Below, piece by piece: positions 42,655-55,211 of a stretch of 64,000 bases of DNA. This DNA is from Octopus bimaculoides (Eukaryota), in the NCBI RefSeq assembly GCF_001194135.2, contig NC_068987.1:100066991-100130990 (forward strand), in the 5' to 3' direction. The translations under genes and the position numbers were made by a program. The notes beneath the pieces were generated by a model. That model had not been told where the DNA came from. It made no database searches and saw nothing but the letters and a program-made list of their open reading frames with translations. Positions within the stretch are counted from its first letter, which is position 1. Each line of letters begins with the position of its first letter.

Positions 42655-43276
42655 AAAACATTCCAGAACCATATTTTATTTTTTTCAAATTGCCCATTAG
42701 AATTGTCTTTCTTCTGCATTACTTTAATCATTATTTATTTTCCAAAATCCTATGTATTTACTGTCAGACTCTGCGTAGGACATCTCTGTGAACTAGATGT
42801 GAGTAAATCAGTATTTCTAAAGTGCAGGTTTGTAATTTAATACAAGATAACTTGAAGGGAATCATTTTGTTTTCTGAATATCACCTTACTTTTCATATCT
42901 TCGCTGTATAAAGTATGTGCATTGTCAGTTGAGATATGTCTAATTGCATTGTAATTGTTTGTTATAGTGTCGTGTTGCAATAAAGAAAAAAAAACAGATT
43001 CTACGCTTTGCTTATTATATAAGAATATAAGTTGTATGGATTTATTTTATAGTTCTTGGACTCGATTTCGGAAAAGTATACTCTTCCTGTTTTCCTTATT
43101 GCTGATACTTAGCCTCATGCAAATTTGGTTAATTGCTGGACTCTGAATAAATCGCATTCTGATTGATGAATATATTCTCATACTATTATGGCATAAGAAG
43201 GATTACGCTATGAACTGTGGTTTCTATATTTTCTTTAAATCAGTGCTGTATATTTTGAAGTAGCCATATACATATA

Positions 43277-43437
43277 GGCGTGGGTGTGTGGTAAGAGGCT
43301 TACTTCCCGACCTTTTCGTTCCGGGTTCAGTCCCGCTGCGTGTCTTTTTGTGCAGCTGTTTTGTACTATAGCATCAGGCCGACTAAAGCCTTGTGAGTGT
43401 ATTTGGTAGACGGAAACTGGAATGAAGAAAACCAATC
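43277..43437 (+). mobile_element. SINE family A, 5' half
   Basis: ggcgtgggtgtgtggtaaga..gttccgggttcagtcccgctgcgtg..actatagcatcaggccgactaaagccttgtgagtgtatttggtagacggaaactg. It has A- and B-box-like motifs and matches the head of 46301-46717. Confidence 0.85.
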
Positions 43438-43450
43438 ATATATATATATA

Positions 43451-43497
43451 TACTCTTTTACTTGTTTCAGTCTTTTGACTACGGCCATGCTGGAGCA

Positions 43498-43499
<2 letters not shown>
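43451..43499 (-). mobile_element. SINE family A, 49-nt 3'-terminal fragment inside (TA)n
   Basis: tactcttttacttgtttcagtcttttgactacggccatgctggagcacc matches 46321-46369. Confidence 0.85.
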
Positions 43500-43544
<45 letters not shown>

Positions 43545-45774
43545 TATATGTATAATTTTCGTGGTGATATATCATTGCTTGAGGCTTCTGTTAACTAAGG
43601 GTTGAGCACTAACTACACTTTTGGTGGCGTGCTTTGTAATGCAAGTAGATTGTTCGGCAGAGGAGTAAACTGCTACAACCTTGTAATATTAATTTATGAC
43701 TGTATCTCACTATCTACTTTCTAAATGACTTTATGTGTTTGTCATGATATTAGTGATTTTAACTTCAGTGACTTTAACTTTTTCAACTGATAAAGCTACC
43801 ATTTACTCTAATATTCCTTATTTAATTTGTTGACATGTCCATGTCACCATTAATGAACTCTCAAGAAACGGTAGTCCCTTATCACATGAAAGTTGGTCAG
43901 TCATCAATAAGTGTACATCTTTTGTCAAGCATGCATATCTTAATTTTATATGTATATCAATAATTATAATTTATATTCTTGATAGTATGATCATGTAAAA
44001 CCCAGATTATTGTATGCAGTTCAGTTTCGTGTCATGCTTATACCAGATTTTACCATTTCTCACCAAGAAGCGTCAGCAACATGAGTACAGCTGGTGAATT
44101 CTTTGTATTATTGTATATACTCCTACTTTGAAAACATCGGATAGCAAGACGTTAAGAGTTAAAGTATATTTTTTGTAATTCATAATGGGTGTTAAAGTGT
44201 AGCGCGAAGGCATACTTTACTGTGGCAAATTGTTTGGAAACAGTGCAATATTTACAGAAATTGTGTACAGATAGTAGCTATATAATTGTACAAATCGTAA
44301 AGTGGTACACTATTTCAGTATTCTGAAAATTTAGATTTTATAGCAGATGCGATAATTTGAGATGCCTTACTTCCTATTTGTTAGCTGAATTTTCGGCGCA
44401 CGCAATTTACACATTGTTGTCTTATCATGGAGGATTGTATGGATTGTTGTAATTAACAACACTCTTGAAAATCTGATAATATGTTATAAATAAAAGGCTA
44501 GGAATTAGCTATGTCATTTTTATAAGGGAATGAACGATAATGACTGATCTAACATATTACATTACATTCATGTATGAACATATGGCACAGACGGTTACCC
44601 ACAACAGTTATACATGTATGTTCTTTGTATGTTTATAATTGTAAATTACGGGTAAATATAATGGACATTTACATGTGGTTTCATACCATTCTATTCAATA
44701 AAACACACACACAGAAATATACATACACACACGCATACCCATATATATGTATATATATGCACAAATATACAATAAAATATTTACTGAAAAAAATCAATTA
44801 TATCTAAAAGAAATAAAACCAATCTAGATTGTTAACAGCGTTGTCAATTAAAATATCGAAATCAAGGAGACATTGAATATGTTAAGATTTTATATGATGG
44901 TGAAAATAAATATAACCAATTTCAGAAAACAAAACTGTCTTTATTCGCTAATACAATTAACTACACATTTATTTATTTATTTCGTACAAATGAAAAAAAA
45001 AAAAAAAAATCTGAATACGTCTGAAAAGAAGTAAAGAAAATAGTCATTTATTCTGAAATTATTTTTTTTACTGCTGAGTATATAATATAATGCAAAACGA
45101 CAAGTTTTTGTATTATAGACATTGAATAGAAATTCTAAGTGAGAAAGGTGTTTCGTGTTTCGACAACAGCAAACTAAAATATGGAAGCATCTATAATGTC
45201 GGAGTAATTTCTTCGCTCTTTAAATTGAAAATGTTTATACATGTATATTTTATTTTCTAGTTTTATTTTGTATTGTGTTTCTCCGATACTTTAAGCTATT
45301 AAATTTGCACACCGACAGTAACAAGAGAAATAATATTTAAATTTTACTTGACACTAAGGAAATGTTTTACAAGCAGGCAGTGCGATAATTGAATGTATTG
45401 AAGCATACGGTTGTATATGACTGCTACAGATTATATTGATTATCCCGGGCTAAGAGGTAACAATTACTAAAATAAAAGGAAATAATAGCAACAAAGAGAC
45501 GTGTGGAAATGTTAACGGGTATATATTAAAACATTATTTTTTTCTTTTACATAAACCCAAAGACATGTTTCTGAGAGGGTTGGACGAGGTTAATTTGACG
45601 CCAGCATTGTATACATAGATTCTTCTATCGAAATTAACACCCAAAACCCATGGATGTCGAAGGACATTTCAACAAAAAAATGCGCAACAAATGCTTGGAT
45701 ATACGACAGTGTTACGAATTTTACCATTCGAAACAAAAATGTTGCGTAGAAGAATACAATATCACTATATTTAA

Positions 45775-45775
45775 C

Positions 45776-45831
<56 letters not shown>

Positions 45832-45872
45832 TAAAACTACTGAACAATAATAATAATAATAATAATAATAAT
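45775..45872 (+). repeat. (TAA)n array interrupted by the 19-nt 3' terminus of a Dong-like LINE (45826-45844)
   Basis: TAAAAATAAAACTACTGAA is identical to the reverse complement of 54020-54038. Confidence 0.85.
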
Positions 45873-46300
45873 ACATTATTTACATAAAAATAATATATTT
45901 CAAGATTAAATTGTGCCGTGCACAGACAAAATCAATATACAGTAGTCAAAATATAGAAGAAAGAGAGCCAATACATATGCATATATATGCATAATACAAA
46001 CATCTGTTTCAATTTTGTCCACACATATTTTAGCGTATGTTCGAACATCATTTCTGAGTAAGTGTCTCTCTCTCTCTATCTGTCTCTCTGTCTCTCTGTC
46101 TCTCTGTCTCTCTCTATCTCTCTCTCTCTGTCTCTCTCTCTCTCTTTCACTATATGTGTGTGTGAGTGTGTGCACACACATATATATAAAACATCATTCA
46201 TTATTTCTTTATTCTCGCGTCCTGTATTTCAAAGTAACATAACATAGATTTGTACATATTTAAGTCTTCCTTTTACAAACACATGCCCTACCTGCCATTG

Positions 46301-46717
46301 ACTCTTACTCTTTACTCTTTTACTCTTTTACTTGCTTCAGTCATTTGACTGCGGCCATGCTGGAGCACCGCCTTTATTCGAGCAAATCGACCCCAGGATT
46401 TAGGGTTTGGAAGCCTAGTACTTATTCTATCGGCTCTTTTTGCCGAACCGCTAAGTTACGGGGACGCAAACAAACCGGCATCGGTTGTCAAGCAATGGTG
46501 GAGGGACAAACACAGACACACAAACACACATGCATATATATATACATATATACGACGGGCTTCTTTTCAGTTTCCGTCTACCAAATCCACTCACAAGGCG
46601 TTGGTCGGCCCGAGGCTATACTATAAGACACTCGCCCAAGTTGCCACGCAGTGGGGATGAACCCGGAACCATGTGGTTGGTAAGCAAGCTACTTACCACA
46701 CAGCCACTCCTGCGCCT
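46301..46717 (-). mobile_element. SINE family A (tRNA head + CORE-like block + microsatellite + tail with (AAGAGTA)n), the best-preserved copy
   Basis: The minus strand reads ggcgcaggagtggctgtgtggtaag (A-box-like)..ggttccgggttcatccccactgcgtggcaacttgggcgagtgtctt (B-box and CORE-like)..., and the short-repeat tail appears on the plus strand as (tactctt)n. At least five other copies are in this window. Confidence 0.92.
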
Positions 46718-46840
46718 ATTGAACATTATGTTTTCCAAGTAATGCATGCTTTAATTTATATGTCTTTTAATATGTTAGAGTTAATATCAACATTTGTTTT
46801 TACGAAAGTATTTTGCGAGAGCTTCTCCCGTATCATATAA

Positions 46841-47046
46841 ACTCATAGAGCTGGTTTCCGAGCTGTATATACACCCCACTGGTCAGGACGCCGGTTCATC
46901 GCAGGGTTCTCAACATTTATCAGCAGAGTGAGGCAACGTGAAGTGGAGACCTATGCTCAAAATCACAACGCATTGTCCGGTCGAGGACTCGAACGCACAA
47001 TCATACGATCACGATTTGAACACCCTAACCACTAAACCATACGCCC
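46841..47046 (-). mobile_element. tRNA-derived SINE (family B-type head, Deu/Nin-like central block), flanked by an 11-bp direct repeat
   Basis: The minus strand reads ggcgtatggtttagtggttagggtg..gttcgagtcctcgacc (A and B boxes)..ccctgcgatgaaccggcgtcctgaccagtgggg..ggaaaccagctctatgag. CGAGAGCTTCT occurs at 46816-46826 and 47057-47067. Confidence 0.75.
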
Positions 47047-48382
47047 CATTTGATTCCGAGAGCTTCTTACATAAAGAAGCACAAAGATACAAATGGTTAC
47101 GCACAATTGAATCTAGATAAAAAAGTATGTACATATACATATATACGGCACACATTTTACAATTTTTATCCAGCAAACAATCCGGACCAAAATGAATAAT
47201 CTCCCTTCTTTTCTTTGAAACAGTTATCCGAATTCAAAAACCAGTATTGGACGTCTTGGCAAGAAGTTCTTTAAATGAGCGATTTAGAACTGGCAATGTT
47301 TCATCGGCTACTTCATATCAAAAGGTAACAAATTGATCGATTTGAACCCCTGTATCTCCTGTGCAACATTCCACATTCCAAACGAAGGAACAACAAGTAA
47401 AAAAATTAGATGATTATGAAGATGGTGATATCAATGAAAATTGTGTTGAATATAGTTGTGTTGGTTGTACTGGTAGTAGTGCTGGTGTTGATGGTTGCGG
47501 TATCGTTGGTTGAGGTGGTGTTCTTGTTGTTAATGCTGCTGCGACTGATAATGGAAGAGTAATTGTGATAACGATGATGATAATAATGATGGTGGGATAG
47601 TCGGTGTGAGACTGAGGGTAGACTACATTCGAAATGCCATAGATCGAGACGCAAAATATGTCGCATCGTTATTTGCAACGGCGATAAATATTGAAATAAT
47701 CTACCTTATCATCTGTGGGGGTACAGGAGGGTGAGCAGGAACAGCAAATGATGAAAGCGAAAATGAAGAACAAACAAGAAGGTGGAGGAGGAGAATAATA
47801 ATAAGAAGAACAATAACAACAACAACAGCAAAAGACACAACAACCACAGTAATAGAACAATAGCAAAACAGCATTATACACGATATGGTATAGGTGAAGT
47901 AAAGATAATAATTGAGAGAACAGTCATTAGAATATAGATTGCTGATATTAAAACAGAAGAGATACTGTTACAATAGTGGCGAAGTTGGAAAGTCAATGAA
48001 AGATAAATATAAAGAGAAAGAAAATACATTAAAGCAACTAGGAATGCAAATGAAGAAATCACAGGTCATTGGGTTTTGTCTCTAGTAATTCTGATATTTA
48101 ATTGAATAGCCATAAAAATGTCACTATTAAATTGAGTTTATATATATGTTTATATATTCATTTGCATAATTATTTACGCAATTGTGTATTTCACAAGTTT
48201 GTATATTATTATGTTTTACTTAAATGCTAATTTATATTGCATTTCGTTGTAATTAATCATATTTTTAGTATTTTGCTTGAGATTTATTGGCATCTATCTG
48301 TAGGAAATCGGGTAAATTTTATATATACATTGATGTTTACAGTTTATATGTAAACATGCATGAAACATATGCGGTATCTCTC

Positions 48383-48427
<45 letters not shown>

Positions 48428-48454
48428 TTCTCTCTCTCTCTCTACTCCTACACT

Positions 48455-48501
<47 letters not shown>

Positions 48502-50025
48502 GTATGCACACACACATTTTTCTTATATATATATGAATTGATCGATGCATTTGCATGTATATACTACATTGTGATAGCCTTCGAATTGTCTTAACCATCG
48601 TGTTTCTCAATCTAATATTTACATCTCATTCTTTAGATCTTTATATGTACTTCAAGATCCAATTCCAAATAAAATTATACCAAGTTCTAGCGAAAGTTTA
48701 CAAATTCTATTTATATCGGCAGTATACACCTCTGCGTACGTATATGTGTGTGCGCAAGCGTGCATATGTATACATATACATTATATACATTATATACATA
48801 GGTATAATCCATTGATGCTATACTATCAATTACAAAGTTTTGTTTTCCAGTTTTATATTAATTTTACTTTCAAATATTGTAGTTGTGTTATTTAAATTGT
48901 TCAGGTATTGTTGTTATCTTCAATTTTACTAATTATTGTTTTCATTTTCATTTATGCACTAGTGAATAGCTTTCTTTTCATTTTTGTCACGCATTTGTCG
49001 TTAAATCTATTCAAAGAAACAGAGAGCTCTCTTAACTTTTATATCACCTGCTATCACTGTTCACCCATCAGAATTAATTTTCAATCATGCTGTTTCTAAC
49101 GCCACGGGTCATACTGTTAACATCTATATATTGAAGTAAATTTTGCTGATTCAATGTTTATTTGCTTTTCGTTATATTTGATTTCGTAGTTAAAACTGTA
49201 TAGTATATTTAGCCTTATATTTTCGAATATATTGTATCATACCATAAATTTGTACAACAATTTCAATATCTAACTTAATGTACTACCATTTAACAAGCTA
49301 ATTTAAAATATAGCAATTGTGAATGATAGTGCAAGTTAGTAAAGTACTGTAGATTTTAAAACAGAGTTAATGAGTGTAGCAATGTGTATTGGCGAAACCT
49401 AGTAGTATATGATTATATCGTGTAGTATTTTAGATACATTTAATTATAGTTGGTAGAGGAACGTTATATACTTAATAATTAGACACAGTTCAAATGCAGT
49501 ATATTTTAAATAAATATTCTCACACCACCTTGGAAACGATTACAAATTAGCACTAAACTAGTCACAGATCATCAAATCGTGGAAAATATCAAAATTCGGT
49601 GAAACACATTTTTGTAACACCATCATGTATTGTCCATTCGGTTGCTTATGCTTTAGATTATCAGTCTACCATTATAGGGTTCTAGGGCCTCAGTCTGTGT
49701 GTTAATGCTTCCGTGCATACGTGCGGTAAAGAGGAAACTCTGAAAATATATTATCGTAGAAAAGTTCATGAAGTTATACAGAAGCTAATGCTTTCCTTGT
49801 TTATATATAAAGAAAATAGCAATTCCACATCGCCCTCCCTTTTTGTCTTCTCGGCTACCCGATAAACAATTTTTGGACACCATACATTTATACACATTAC
49901 TTTATCCTATAACCAATCCTTAAATCTCCACACACATCACTCTATCTACCTCTCTTTCTATTTATTTTCTCTTCTTTCATTTTACGACTTAATAGCCACC
50001 TTCGCAACCATTCTGTTATTGAACG

Positions 50026-50335
50026 TTGATTGGTTCGCGTTTTTTTTCTCTGCATATCTTAGACAACAAGGAACTACGTCGCGTTGCACCTAAGGACTTA
50101 CGCTCATGGATCTACGCAAGATTGCACCTAAGGACTTTTGCTCTTGTTTCTATAACTTCGGAAAGTTGGACTATGGAAATTATGATACTTTTTCTTCTTT
50201 CTTTCCATCTCCTTATTCTTTTATTCCCTTCCTCTATGTCGTTATTTTCCTTGTTTTTTTTCTTTTTGTTTTTGTCGCTGATGAATGAATATCACATACT
50301 CAGGGATATCCCAGAAACAGGTGTCAGACTTTGAA
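50026..50335 (+). mobile_element. Probable Penelope-like terminal repeat with a decayed hammerhead motif (50274-50329)
   Basis: gtcg-CTGATGA-atgaATATC..GATATccca-GAA-ACAGGTGT-C-agac: both core boxes are present, stem II is partial, stem III is near-palindromic (ACAGCTGT-like) and stem I is GTC/GAC. A pyrimidine-rich tract and a duplication of about 39 bp lie upstream. Confidence 0.5.
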
Positions 50336-50419
50336 AGATTTCAAGTAATAATATTGTATACGGCTTGCGATGTTTACGTTGCCTTAATGTTTATCGTCCT
50401 CTTTACCAATTATGCATGC

Positions 50420-50457
<38 letters not shown>

Positions 50458-51233
50458 NNNNNNNNNNNNNNNNNNNNNNNNNNNNNNNNNNNNNNNNNNN
50501 NNNNNNNNNNNNNNNNNNNNNNNNNNNNNNNNNNNNNNNNNNNNNNNNNNNNNNNNNNNNNNNNNNNNNNNNNNNNNNNNNNNNNNNNNNNNNNNNNNNN
50601 NNNNNNNNNNNNNNNNNNNNNNNNNNNNNNNNNNNNNNNNNNNNNNNNNNNNNNNNNNNNNNNNNNNNNNNNNNNNNNNNNNNNNNNNNNNNNNNNNNNN
50701 NNNNNNNNNNNNNNNNNNNNNNNNNNNNNNNNNNNNNNNNNNNNNNNNNNNNNNNNNNNNNNNNNNNNNNNNNNNNNNNNNNNNNNNNNNNNNNNNNNNN
50801 NNNNNNNNNNNNNNNNNNNNNNNNNNNNNNNNNNNNNNNNNNATATATATATATATATATATATATAGTTATATATATATACCTAAATAGCCATACACGT
50901 TTACATATATATTATCATGAATTCTCCTCCTAGACGGCATTTCAAGTTTCTTTTGCCACTTAATTTGTAGCATCATATGTTAACAAATTTATGACTTCTA
51001 CATTTGTGTCACTAGCTACATATGTTCGCTTTATAAAAAATATAATTCCTATATACGCATACAAATACAATTCCTATATACGCATCATATACGCATAATA
51101 GTTTATATTTTGGAAGCTAATTTATACGTACTTGGTAGCATTTGTGCATATGAAACGTAAGGATTTTCCCATTTTCTACATTCCTGAGATCACGTAATTT
51201 ATCTTTGTACTTAAAAAGTTATCTGTCCTAAAT

Positions 51234-51617
51234 TAGCTAGCGCAGTGGTTAGAGCATCGGGCTCACAATGATGAGTTAATGAGTTCTATTCCTTGAATGA
51301 GCTGTGTTGCGTTCCTGTGTAAAGCACTTTATTTCATGTTGCTCCAGTTCCCTCAACTTTAGAAATAAGTTGCGACGTCACTGGAGTGCAGCTGTACCAG
51401 CCTTTGCCTTACCGTTGGATAACATGGGTGCCATGGAGAGAGTAGTGTATTTCGCATGGTTGACTGCTGGTTTACTATAAACAATCTTACCCTGACATTT
51501 TCGTCGGAGGGGTCACTGTTGGCTTTCTAAAAACAACCTTACCGTGATGTGTGCCTCGGAAGGGAATATTCTAAGTGTAATCCCATGGTCATACATGTCC
51601 AAAGTGGATTTTTACTC
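51234..51617 (+). mobile_element. tRNA-derived SINE, family B, full length with an internal duplication of about 50 bp
   Basis: tagcgcagtggttagagcatcggg (A box)..gagttctattcc (B box)..cactttatttcatgttgctccagtt..aatcccatggtcat. The duplicated unit is 51478-51527 versus 51528-51575. Confidence 0.8.
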
Positions 51618-52030
51618 TGTCTAACTTTGAGAGAGAATATGAACGACTGCAGAAGTTAGATATTCCTGTGCAGAAAACCTCATTGCAGGTAATACAGAAT
51701 ATGATAGCTCTGACAATCAAGAGTAGGAGAGGCATTTAGACAAAGCTGAAGTGTACTGTTATTCAATGTGCTTGTTCCAAATGTTGCTTAATAAACTATT
51801 ACCAATAAGCTAGATGATATATTTGGTTAGGGGCTGAACAAGCTACAATTTTTCAATAAGAAAGAACGTTATACAATATGTTGAAACAGTAAAAATAAGA
51901 TTGCCAAAATTACCGGCTACTTATAATTATGTTATAAGCGTTACGTGGTTCTAAAACTTAGGTGACGATGTATGGTTCAAATGTACAGAAAGCAAACGAC
52001 AAAAGATGAGAGAGAGAGTGAGTGAGAGAA

Positions 52031-52048
52031 ACAGATATATAGATAGAT

Positions 52049-52119
<71 letters not shown>

Positions 52120-52137
52120 GACAGAGAAAGAGAGAGA
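52031..52137. repeat. (GA)n microsatellite
   Basis: Visible directly in the sequence. Confidence 0.95.
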
Positions 52138-52859
52138 GCATGAAGTAGGTGTATTAGTTTAATATTCGGAGAGAATTGAGAAGACTTTGCCGTTTTGAGT
52201 CTACACTCTCCGAAACAAAGAGATGAGAAGAAAATAGAGCGAGACAGAAAAACAAAATCGAAAGAGAAGAATGTGTCAAGATTAACGTTTTAACATGATG
52301 AAATGACAATATACATGGTTGCTGCCTTATCGGTTATATCATGATAAGAATCTTTGGAGACGATTGATAATATCGGTCTCAACTACCACGTCTGTATTCA
52401 CACACATGATGATACGTCTTTGAATACATTGTACATGTAATCTAATGCATTTTCTGTCACGAACAAATATGCTGAAATTCACAGTGCACCTAAATGGATC
52501 AAATATATAATAATGAAATGTCGTCTTCATAAAAATTAAATTTTAATTATGGCGACGTTATGCAATATATAACTGATTAATTTTCTGGTGTGAAGTTAAT
52601 AATTTACGTGAAGAAATACAGCGTCACATCATTTAGCTTTTAGTTTCTGATATGATTCTTTTTTCAATGAGCAAATACAATCTGTCCGAAACTAGTAAAT
52701 TAAATGGAAGTACAAGTGGGAGAAATAGAGGACACGAAGTAGGCCAATAGTAATACCAATCGTATAAAGAAAAATGAGTCAGGGGTAAAAATAAGAAAGA
52801 GAAGAACAGCAACAAAGATAGCAAATGCAGTAAGAATGAATAATACCTACGACAATGAA

Positions 52860-53943
52860 CGAAATACAGGACGTGGAACTGGCCCCCATAGTTGCAGGAG
52901 TAAGTTTCCAGATGTTTCTTCATGTTAGGTGGTATTGAACCCAATGCTTCGATGACAATAGGGACAATCTTTATATTTGACTCGCGTAGCTGCTACATCT
53001 TTGTGATCTTAATTCTCAAGTCTCGATCTTAATCAATCTTTTATTCTTTTATATGATAATATTTTGCTTACCTGGCACGGCCACTTCGATTATGAATATT
53101 ACCTGTTTGTCCTTCCTGAAGGTTACTATGTCCGCCTTTCGGTGTTCTCTGTGTAGAAGTCAAAGTCCCAGAGGATTCTTTCCATCACCTTTTCGTCCCT
53201 TAAGCTTTTGGTGTATATTAGCAAGCAATATGTACTTACATCGTATCCATACTTCCGGCATAGTAGGCAGTGAAGTTTCTGCGCTACTTTGTAATGTCTG
53301 CGCTTGTACCCTTTATGCGCAAGACTTTCACAAGCACTAACACTGTGAGTCACGCTTTCGACCTTCTTCCCACACATTCTGTAGAGGTCGGTTGCACTTG
53401 TGAGGTATATATCTCTTATCACTGAGATGGTATTCAATGCCTGATCCTCGGCAGCGATGATTAGGCTTTCAGGCTTCTTTTTTATGTCACCCTTGCTGAG
53501 CCAACTCCAACTTCTAAGTTGGAACTTCTAAGTTGTTAGTTTCACAGTGTAACTGACCGTGTAATTCTATGTGGAGTAGAGTTTCTTCTTTCTCATTGGC
53601 TATTCATGATCGGGATTGATTAGCACTCTCAAGCCCATTTTTGGTAAATCCGTCTGCATTAGCCGTATACACTAGCAGGTTTTTTTTTCCTATTTCCCAA
53701 ATACTCTGTCATGTTTCTTATTTCACTGTTGATGCACTCCCGTTCGCTAATCAGCCCACGTTCACTTTTACACTTCTTCATGAAGAGACTGTGTACGGTC
53801 GCCTTAAGGTGGTGGGCACACTACAATGTCATTGTCTTTCAGGTTGTGCAATAGAGCTGGTTAATCTCCGCTCGTGTCCATTTCAGAATTGAGGCACTAT
53901 AGCAGACTACATCAAAAGCCCATATATTGATGGTAGCCAAAAG

Positions 53944-53944
<1 letters not shown>
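52860..53944 (-). mobile_element. R4/Dong-clade LINE copy B: end of the RT domain, zinc knuckle and RLE, degenerate
   Basis: The minus-strand translation includes YSASILKWTRAEINQL..AHHLKATV..ERGLISERECINSE..LHGQ..WSWLSKGDIK..SLIIAAEDQALNT..RMCGKKVESVTHSVSAC..YKRRHYKVAQKLHCLLCRKYG..ILWDFDF..IIEVAVPG..IVPIVIEALGSIP. ORF-track entries 53126-53437 and 52633-52944 are pieces of it. Confidence 0.9.
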
Positions 53945-54005
<61 letters not shown>

Positions 54006-54020
54006 CATTATTATTATTAT
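53945..54020. repeat. (TAA)n array between Dong copies B and A
   Basis: Visible directly in the sequence. Confidence 0.95.
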
Positions 54021-55106
54021 TCAGTAGTTTTATTTTTATAACGTGCTTTCACTTCACTACCGAGCGCAGCTCTGTGCGCCTTGGGTATGTGCTGTGGTTT
54101 GCTGTGGTGCTCTTATGTTTACTGTATTGAAAGTGTTTTGCGTAGAATGTGTGCAGTACCCAGTAGTGCAATTTTCTGTATGTTATATATATTTGTAAGT
54201 CCTGGTGTTTTTGTTATGTATTTGTCTGAATATTTTTTTATTATACCTAAGGCACCTACTATGATAGGAATTGTTTCTNNNNNNNNNNNNNNNNNNNNNN
54301 NNNNNNNNNNNNNNNNNNNNNNNNNNNNNNNNNNNNNNNNNNNNNNNNNNNNNNNNNNNNNNNNNNNNNNNNNNNNNNNNNNNNNNNNNNNNNNNNNNNN
54401 NNNNNNNNNNNNNNNNNNNNNNNNNNNNNNNNNNNNNNNNNNNNNNNNNNNNNNNNNNNNNNNNNNNNNNNNNNNNNNNNNNNNNNNNNNNNNNNNNNNN
54501 NNNNNNNNNNNNNNNNNNNNNNNNNNNNNNNNNNNNNNNNNNNNNNNNNNNNNNNNNNNNNNNNNNNNNNNNNNNNNNNNNNNNNNNNNNNNNNNNNNNN
54601 NNNNNNNNNNNNNNNNNNNNNNNNNNNNNNNNNNNNNNNNNNNNNNNNNNNNNNNNNNNNNNNNNNNNNNNNNNNNNNNNNNNNNNNNNNNNNNNNNNNN
54701 NNNNNNNNNNNNNNNNNNNNNNNNNNNNNNNNNNNNNNNNNNNNNNNNNNNNNNNNNNNNNNNNNNNNNNNNNNNNNNNNNNNNNNNNNNNNNNNNNNNN
54801 NNNNNNNNNNNNNNNNNNNNNNNNNNNNNNNNNNNNNNNNNNNNNNNNNNNNNNNNNNNNNNNNNNNNNNNNNNNNNNNNNNNNNNNNNNNNNNNNNNNN
54901 GGGGCTTTTCTTGCCATCGTTTTATCATGGTCCGTTGCTGTTCTAGTTTTAGTTTGGATTTCATTTGTTTTATAGCTTTTGTTGTTTCTTCTTCTTCTTC
55001 TTCGTATTTGTTAGGTAGATTGATTTCTTGTTTGTATTTGTCAGCTTCCTTAAATACTGAAAACAGTTTTTTGTTTTGCTCGTGTTTTGTGGCTATTTGT
55101 ATTAGT
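54021..55106 (-). mobile_element. R4/Dong-clade LINE copy A: 5'-truncated, young, flanked by (TAA)n on both sides; its middle lies in gap 54279-54900
   Basis: An open frame runs from the TAA boundary (KLIQIATKHEQNKKLF..MKSKLKLEQQRTMIKRWQEKP) and, across the gap, continues as ETIPIIVGALGIIKKYSDKY..IQKIALLGTAHILRKTLSIQ* (stop at 54119). A 3' UTR of about 100 nt ends AAAACTACTGAA(TAA)n. Confidence 0.92.
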
Positions 55107-55124
55107 TTATTATTATTATTATTA

Positions 55125-55209
<85 letters not shown>
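55107..55209. repeat. (TAA)n array between Dong copies A and D
   Basis: Visible directly in the sequence. Confidence 0.95.

Positions 55210-55211
<2 letters not shown>

Noticed and set aside
46297-46722. ATTGA on both sides of the best family A SINE as a target-site duplication
   Set aside because: Five AT-rich bases are too few to separate from chance.
47400-47880. Thr/His/Cys-rich ORFs
   Set aside because: Degenerate trinucleotide low-complexity DNA (GGT/GTT/GAT/AAC/GGA).
43277-51310. tRNA-like A and B boxes at 43277, 46650-46717, 46980-47046 and 51234
   Set aside because: No cloverleaf or acceptor stem forms, and each continues into a SINE body, so these are SINE heads rather than tRNA genes.
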